From: Escherichia phage pEC-M719-6WT.2 | Strand: one strand, 5' to 3' | Sequence record: OQ845958.1 | DNA length: 64,000 nucleotides | Part shown: in pieces, positions 60,474 to 64,000 of the stretch | How positions within the stretch are numbered: the first letter of the stretch is position 1 | How the letters are laid out: every line of letters starts with the position of its first letter | Made by a program: the position numbers and the translations under genes | The notes under the pieces: generated by a model | What the model saw: only the letters and a program-made list of their open reading frames with translations | Told to the model about the DNA's origin: nothing | Databases searched by the model: none

Positions 60474-60498
60474 AAAAGGGCCGAAGCCCTTTTGTTAT
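60474..60498. terminator. intrinsic terminator after wac (GGGC-UUCG-GCCC), potentially bidirectional
   Basis: aaaaagggccgaagcccttttgtt immediately downstream of the wac stop on the minus strand. Confidence 0.6.
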
Positions 60499-62120
60499 GG
60501 TCCAACAGTCACGAATGTAGACAAAAGAACCCATGCATTATCAACGAGCACATAAGGGAGACCATCAGCTGCAGGAGCGACAGGAGGCCTTTTGGCGAGC
60601 TCTGTTTCTAAGGCTGATACTTTACCTTCTAAAGTAGTTATCTTCGCCTCGGCCGCATCCAGGCGACCAGGGAGCGGAGTTACTGTACCTTCAAGGGTTG
60701 TCACGCGAGTGGTTAATGGTGCAATTTTTGCAGTATCGAGTTTAATTGCATCAATCTCGGTTCTGGTATCGATAATTTCAGTCCAGTTTCCTTGCTTGCG
60801 ACCATATAACTTATTGTCCAATGGTGCGTCGTTCAGCTTGGATGCCATCAGCATATCCAAGTTAATTACAACCGGAAGAACACCACGTTCAGCCACAGTA
60901 GCACCGTTAGGGTTTGTACCATTCATCTGGCTAGTTAAAGTCAAAATAGAGCCTTTCATACCAGTGTTATTTGTACCGATTTCGGCCTGTACATCCTGAA
61001 GGCCTGATGCAGTTTCGTTAGCCAGTGTAGTGGTCGCATTCAACTTATACGTGATAGTGTTTGGCTCCGGAGATTGCTCTGTACCGATTCTCTGAGAAAG
61101 CCATGCAGTGGTACCACGTAAACCAGAGCTTGAATCCTGGCCAACAACAACCTGTAAGCCATTAACATCCGAGCGCAAAGCACTGATTCGACCATTAATT
61201 GTTAATGGTTCCAGAGCGGTGCCGATATCAGCTTCAACCTTAGCAAGTCTTGGTTTGATATCCGCAATATCTGTTTCATTGACCGAAACACGTCCACCAA
61301 GATTTTCAACGCGAGTTGTAATTGCAAGTCCGTTACCAAAACCAATAGCTTCTTGAATGTTGACAATATCTTCGTCAATTTCGACTACTTTGTCGTCAAG
61401 AGTATTCAGTCGAACAAATACAGTCGGTTTACCTGTTGCTAAAGTAGACTCACCTAATTCTTCGCGAATTTTAATTACTTTTATGTTAAGAGAACCAACA
61501 TCAGAATCATGATAGTTATCTTCAAGAGTCTTAATACGAACTCCATGAGCAACAATAGCCGAACTGTTATCGATGATGCGGCGTTTCATGCCTTTTGACG
61601 GATTGCCGATAACCTGGAGACCATTTATATCTTGGTCAACATACTGGCCTAATTCATTTTTAATCCATACGAGGTCATTACGAACTGTGCGATAATATGA
61701 ATCGGTTAACGGGTCATAAACGCCAACATCTTCTTTTAACTTTTTAAGGTCTTCAGATGTTTCGCTTGATAATAATTCGGTATTAAATTGACGTTCATCA
61801 AGGTCAAGAATATCCGTACGGTTTTTTTCAATTTGTTTAACAACTTCCGTGTTAGTTGTTATATTCAAAGCTTCCTGAATATTATTGACGTTATCAATAA
61901 TTTCGTTTATTTTTTCTTTAGATGCATTTGAGTTGTCGTCGAGTGTATCTACGTTTGTTTGAACGCCAACTGCAGCGGCGTTCAAATTACCATCATGACC
62001 ATATTTGGTACTGGCCGCAGTCATACAATCGCCGTTTTGTATCCAACGAATTCTCTGTTGACCTTCGTCTGGAATACCGATGCTATACGGCAGTTCTTTG
62101 AGACTGAGTTTATTAATCAT
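60495..62120 (-). CDS. wac: fibritin (whisker/neck fibre) with C-terminal foldon (start at internal ATG; ORF track extends to 62171)
   Basis: About 541 aa; N-terminus LPYSIGIPDEGQQRIRWIQNG and C-terminal foldon-like PYVLVDNAWVLLSTF parallel T4 fibritin from memory. Confidence 0.9.
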   Translation of the reverse strand: MINKLSLKELPYSIGIPDEGQQRIRWIQNGDCMTAASTKYGHDGNLNAAAVGVQTNVDTLDDNSNASKEKINEIIDNVNNIQEALNITTNTEVVKQIEKNRTDILDLDERQFNTELLSSETSEDLKKLKEDVGVYDPLTDSYYRTVRNDLVWIKNELGQYVDQDINGLQVIGNPSKGMKRRIIDNSSAIVAHGVRIKTLEDNYHDSDVGSLNIKVIKIREELGESTLATGKPTVFVRLNTLDDKVVEIDEDIVNIQEAIGFGNGLAITTRVENLGGRVSVNETDIADIKPRLAKVEADIGTALEPLTINGRISALRSDVNGLQVVVGQDSSSGLRGTTAWLSQRIGTEQSPEPNTITYKLNATTTLANETASGLQDVQAEIGTNNTGMKGSILTLTSQMNGTNPNGATVAERGVLPVVINLDMLMASKLNDAPLDNKLYGRKQGNWTEIIDTRTEIDAIKLDTAKIAPLTTRVTTLEGTVTPLPGRLDAAEAKITTLEGKVSALETELAKRPPVAPAADGLPYVLVDNAWVLLSTFVTVGP

Positions 62121-62128
62121 TTTGGTCC

Positions 62129-63679
62129 TTAGTAATGAATTTTGATAATATAGTTTAAAGACATATTCCATGGGCGAGTTTCATAACCAATAAGACCTTC
62201 ACGGTTTAACGTACCTAAAGCATCTCTGCCGCCACCGAGTTCAAATCCATCGTTAGTAAAATATGAAGCGTTATCCCAGTCTGCATATTTTCTTGTGCCC
62301 AGATAACCTTGATAAACTGATGCACCAAATGGAGCTTCGTTACGTTGGTATTCACCCCAACCACCCGCGTGTTTATGATATGACATTTGCTGAGCTTGTA
62401 CACCACCGACCCATGAACCATCACAACCAACACCCAAACGGTCTTTGCCATAACCATCTTGACCGCGGTTATTCAGAATATGTCCACCGGTACCAGCACC
62501 ACGAACAAACAAACCACGCATATCAGGAATACCGACGTTGGTCCAATCGCCACCGAAACGAGTTCCAACAGTATTTCGATAGTCAGGGAATTGGTCACCA
62601 TTAACGGTGCCGCCGTGACACATAATCCAGCCAGGAGGAGCACTATCACCTGCGAACATCATCACCGTTCCAACTGGAACCCGTTCAGAAGCATAGCGCT
62701 GTGTAGAAAGTAATTGACCGCCCATATGAGCTGTATTGGAATCAAAATTGCCGGTGGAAATATAATCTAAAGAAAGACTTCCATTAATTCGTTGACCACC
62801 ACGAGTGTTGATTACATCAGCATTCCAAGCCAGTGCACCTGAACCATCACCACCAGGAGCAACCCCCGCTTGAGTAGTTAATCTAACAACGCCACGAATA
62901 TCGGTTGTGGCTCCACGACCATTAAGAGTTGCACCAGTTACCGCAACACCATCAGCACTGTTATTAATTTCTGACTGGTTACCAAGACGAATAATTCCAG
63001 CGCGGTCTTGTGTTGCTGTACGAGCATTTAAACCTGCTGGAGAAATTGCTACACCGTCACCCAGGGTTCCTGCTTGCACTTCAGCATTTGTAGCAATTCG
63101 TACTAAACCAGAAACAGTTTGTGTGGCAGTTGAATAAGTTGGAAGCGCCGCTGTTGCTTTGCCAATTGCCAGAGCAACTTTCAACGGAGACATAGCGGTT
63201 GTATCATCTGTACCAGCTAAAGCTGCATCCTCGGTACTAATACGAAGAACACCCAGGTTATTTTCAGTACCAACACGAACAGTAAAAACATTATCAATTG
63301 TTGCTTTTAATGAAGATGGAACAATAGCTGCATCGGTTACTGTCCCGGCAATTGCTTCGGCATTGGTTGCATAACGGGTAATACCTACATAAGTTTCTGT
63401 AGCTTGCGTAGGAATGTCTAAACGAGCTTTTAAGGTCGCTGGAGTAACTGCAGAGTCTGGACTAATACCATCAATAACTTCTTGTGTGGTGGCTAGCCTG
63501 ATGAGTCCTGCGGTCGTTTCGGATGAGGCTGGGATATATCCATCTAACGCAATTTTATTAAGAGACCCTAAAGCCTCTTGTACGTTGGTAACAGTCGACG
63601 GGAAAGCTGTTCCCGTCGGGTCGAATGTTTTATATTCGGATTTATCGCTAATGTGTTTTAGCGTGTTAGTCGTTGTCAT
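62129..63679 (-). CDS. 12: short tail fibre protein gp12
   Basis: 516 aa; C-terminal HKHAGG ... FTNDG ... ETRPWNxSLNYIIK match T4 gp12 from memory. Confidence 0.93.
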   Translation of the reverse strand: MTTTNTLKHISDKSEYKTFDPTGTAFPSTVTNVQEALGSLNKIALDGYIPASSETTAGLIRLATTQEVIDGISPDSAVTPATLKARLDIPTQATETYVGITRYATNAEAIAGTVTDAAIVPSSLKATIDNVFTVRVGTENNLGVLRISTEDAALAGTDDTTAMSPLKVALAIGKATAALPTYSTATQTVSGLVRIATNAEVQAGTLGDGVAISPAGLNARTATQDRAGIIRLGNQSEINNSADGVAVTGATLNGRGATTDIRGVVRLTTQAGVAPGGDGSGALAWNADVINTRGGQRINGSLSLDYISTGNFDSNTAHMGGQLLSTQRYASERVPVGTVMMFAGDSAPPGWIMCHGGTVNGDQFPDYRNTVGTRFGGDWTNVGIPDMRGLFVRGAGTGGHILNNRGQDGYGKDRLGVGCDGSWVGGVQAQQMSYHKHAGGWGEYQRNEAPFGASVYQGYLGTRKYADWDNASYFTNDGFELGGGRDALGTLNREGLIGYETRPWNMSLNYIIKIHY

Positions 63680-64000
63680 TACGATACTCGCTTATAATGG
63701 TAAAGTGAAATTGCGCCATCTGCTGTGCCACCTGATAATGTCTGGGTTGAAGTTCCAAGATATTCCCAGGAACCATAACCACCGCGCGGTTGCTGTATAA
63801 TAGTCTGGCTAAGCGTACAACCATATTGAGTAAAAGGTGCAAAATTATGGTTTTGATAGTCGTTATATGTAATATTTAATATAGACTGGTCTACACTATC
63901 AATTGCAGAGCTTGATACAATTAAACTATCAGCAACAGCCGCCAGCAAAGCATCGTTAACCTTGGAAGCAACTAATACAGCCGAATCCCCGACAATAACC
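63679..64000 (-). CDS. 11: baseplate wedge protein gp11, C-terminal part (5' end beyond window)
   Basis: Frame stays open to the window edge (ORF-track start at 63948 is an in-frame TTG); position upstream of gene 12 as in T4. Confidence 0.6.
   Translation of the reverse strand, partial: VIVGDSAVLVASKVNDALLAAVADSLIVSSSAIDSVDQSILNITYNDYQNHNFAPFTQYGCTLSQTIIQQPRGGYGSWEYLGTSTQTLSGGTADGAISLYHYKRVS

Noticed and set aside
62121-62171. N-terminal extension of wac in the ORF track
   Set aside because: The extension overlaps the gp12 3' end; the fibritin N-terminal alignment to T4 begins at the internal Met (MINKLS...).

Overview
This window is a contiguous ~64 kb segment of a T4-like (Tevenvirinae) myovirus genome, running from the long tail fiber gene 34 (partial, left edge) to baseplate gene 11 (partial, right edge), in the reverse of the conventional T4 map orientation. 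Gene calls rest on the supplied ORF track plus my recall of T4 protein sequences and gene order; no database search was possible, so all homologies are unverified memory-based comparisons. Coordinates of ORF-track genes are as supplied; internal start codons and all promoter/terminator coordinates were read by eye and may be off by 1-3 nt. Left half (1.6-29.3 kb, mostly + strand): early/middle replication and nucleotide-metabolism genes (rnh, dsbA, 33, 59, 32, frd, td, nrdA, nrdB, denA, rnlA, alc-like, spanins, pseT, cd, 31, rIII-like, 30, alt), interspersed with small accessory ORFs fronted by sigma70-like early promoters or MotA-box middle promoters. Right half (29.3-64 kb, mostly - strand): late structural genes (54, 48, 29, 28, 27, 51, 26, 25, hoc, 24 x2, 23, 22, 21, 68, 67, 20, 19, 18, 17, 16, 15, 14, 13, wac, 12, 11) with TATAAATA late promoters, plus uvsY, uvsW and rnlB. 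No tRNA, rRNA, CRISPR array or group I intron was found; td and nrdB are uninterrupted. Most notable: two free-standing homing-endonuclease genes at non-T4 positions (an HNH gene between uvsW and uvsW.1 flanked by a 19-bp direct repeat, and a GIY-YIG/I-TevI-like gene between 13 and 14), a ~400 bp ORF-free hairpin-rich segment next to a 53-codon basic ORF, a NADAR-like gene in the accessory island upstream of ligase/alt, tandem gene-24 paralogs, a 69-bp in-frame tandem duplication, and an orphan promoter element inside an inverted repeat between late genes 18 and 19.
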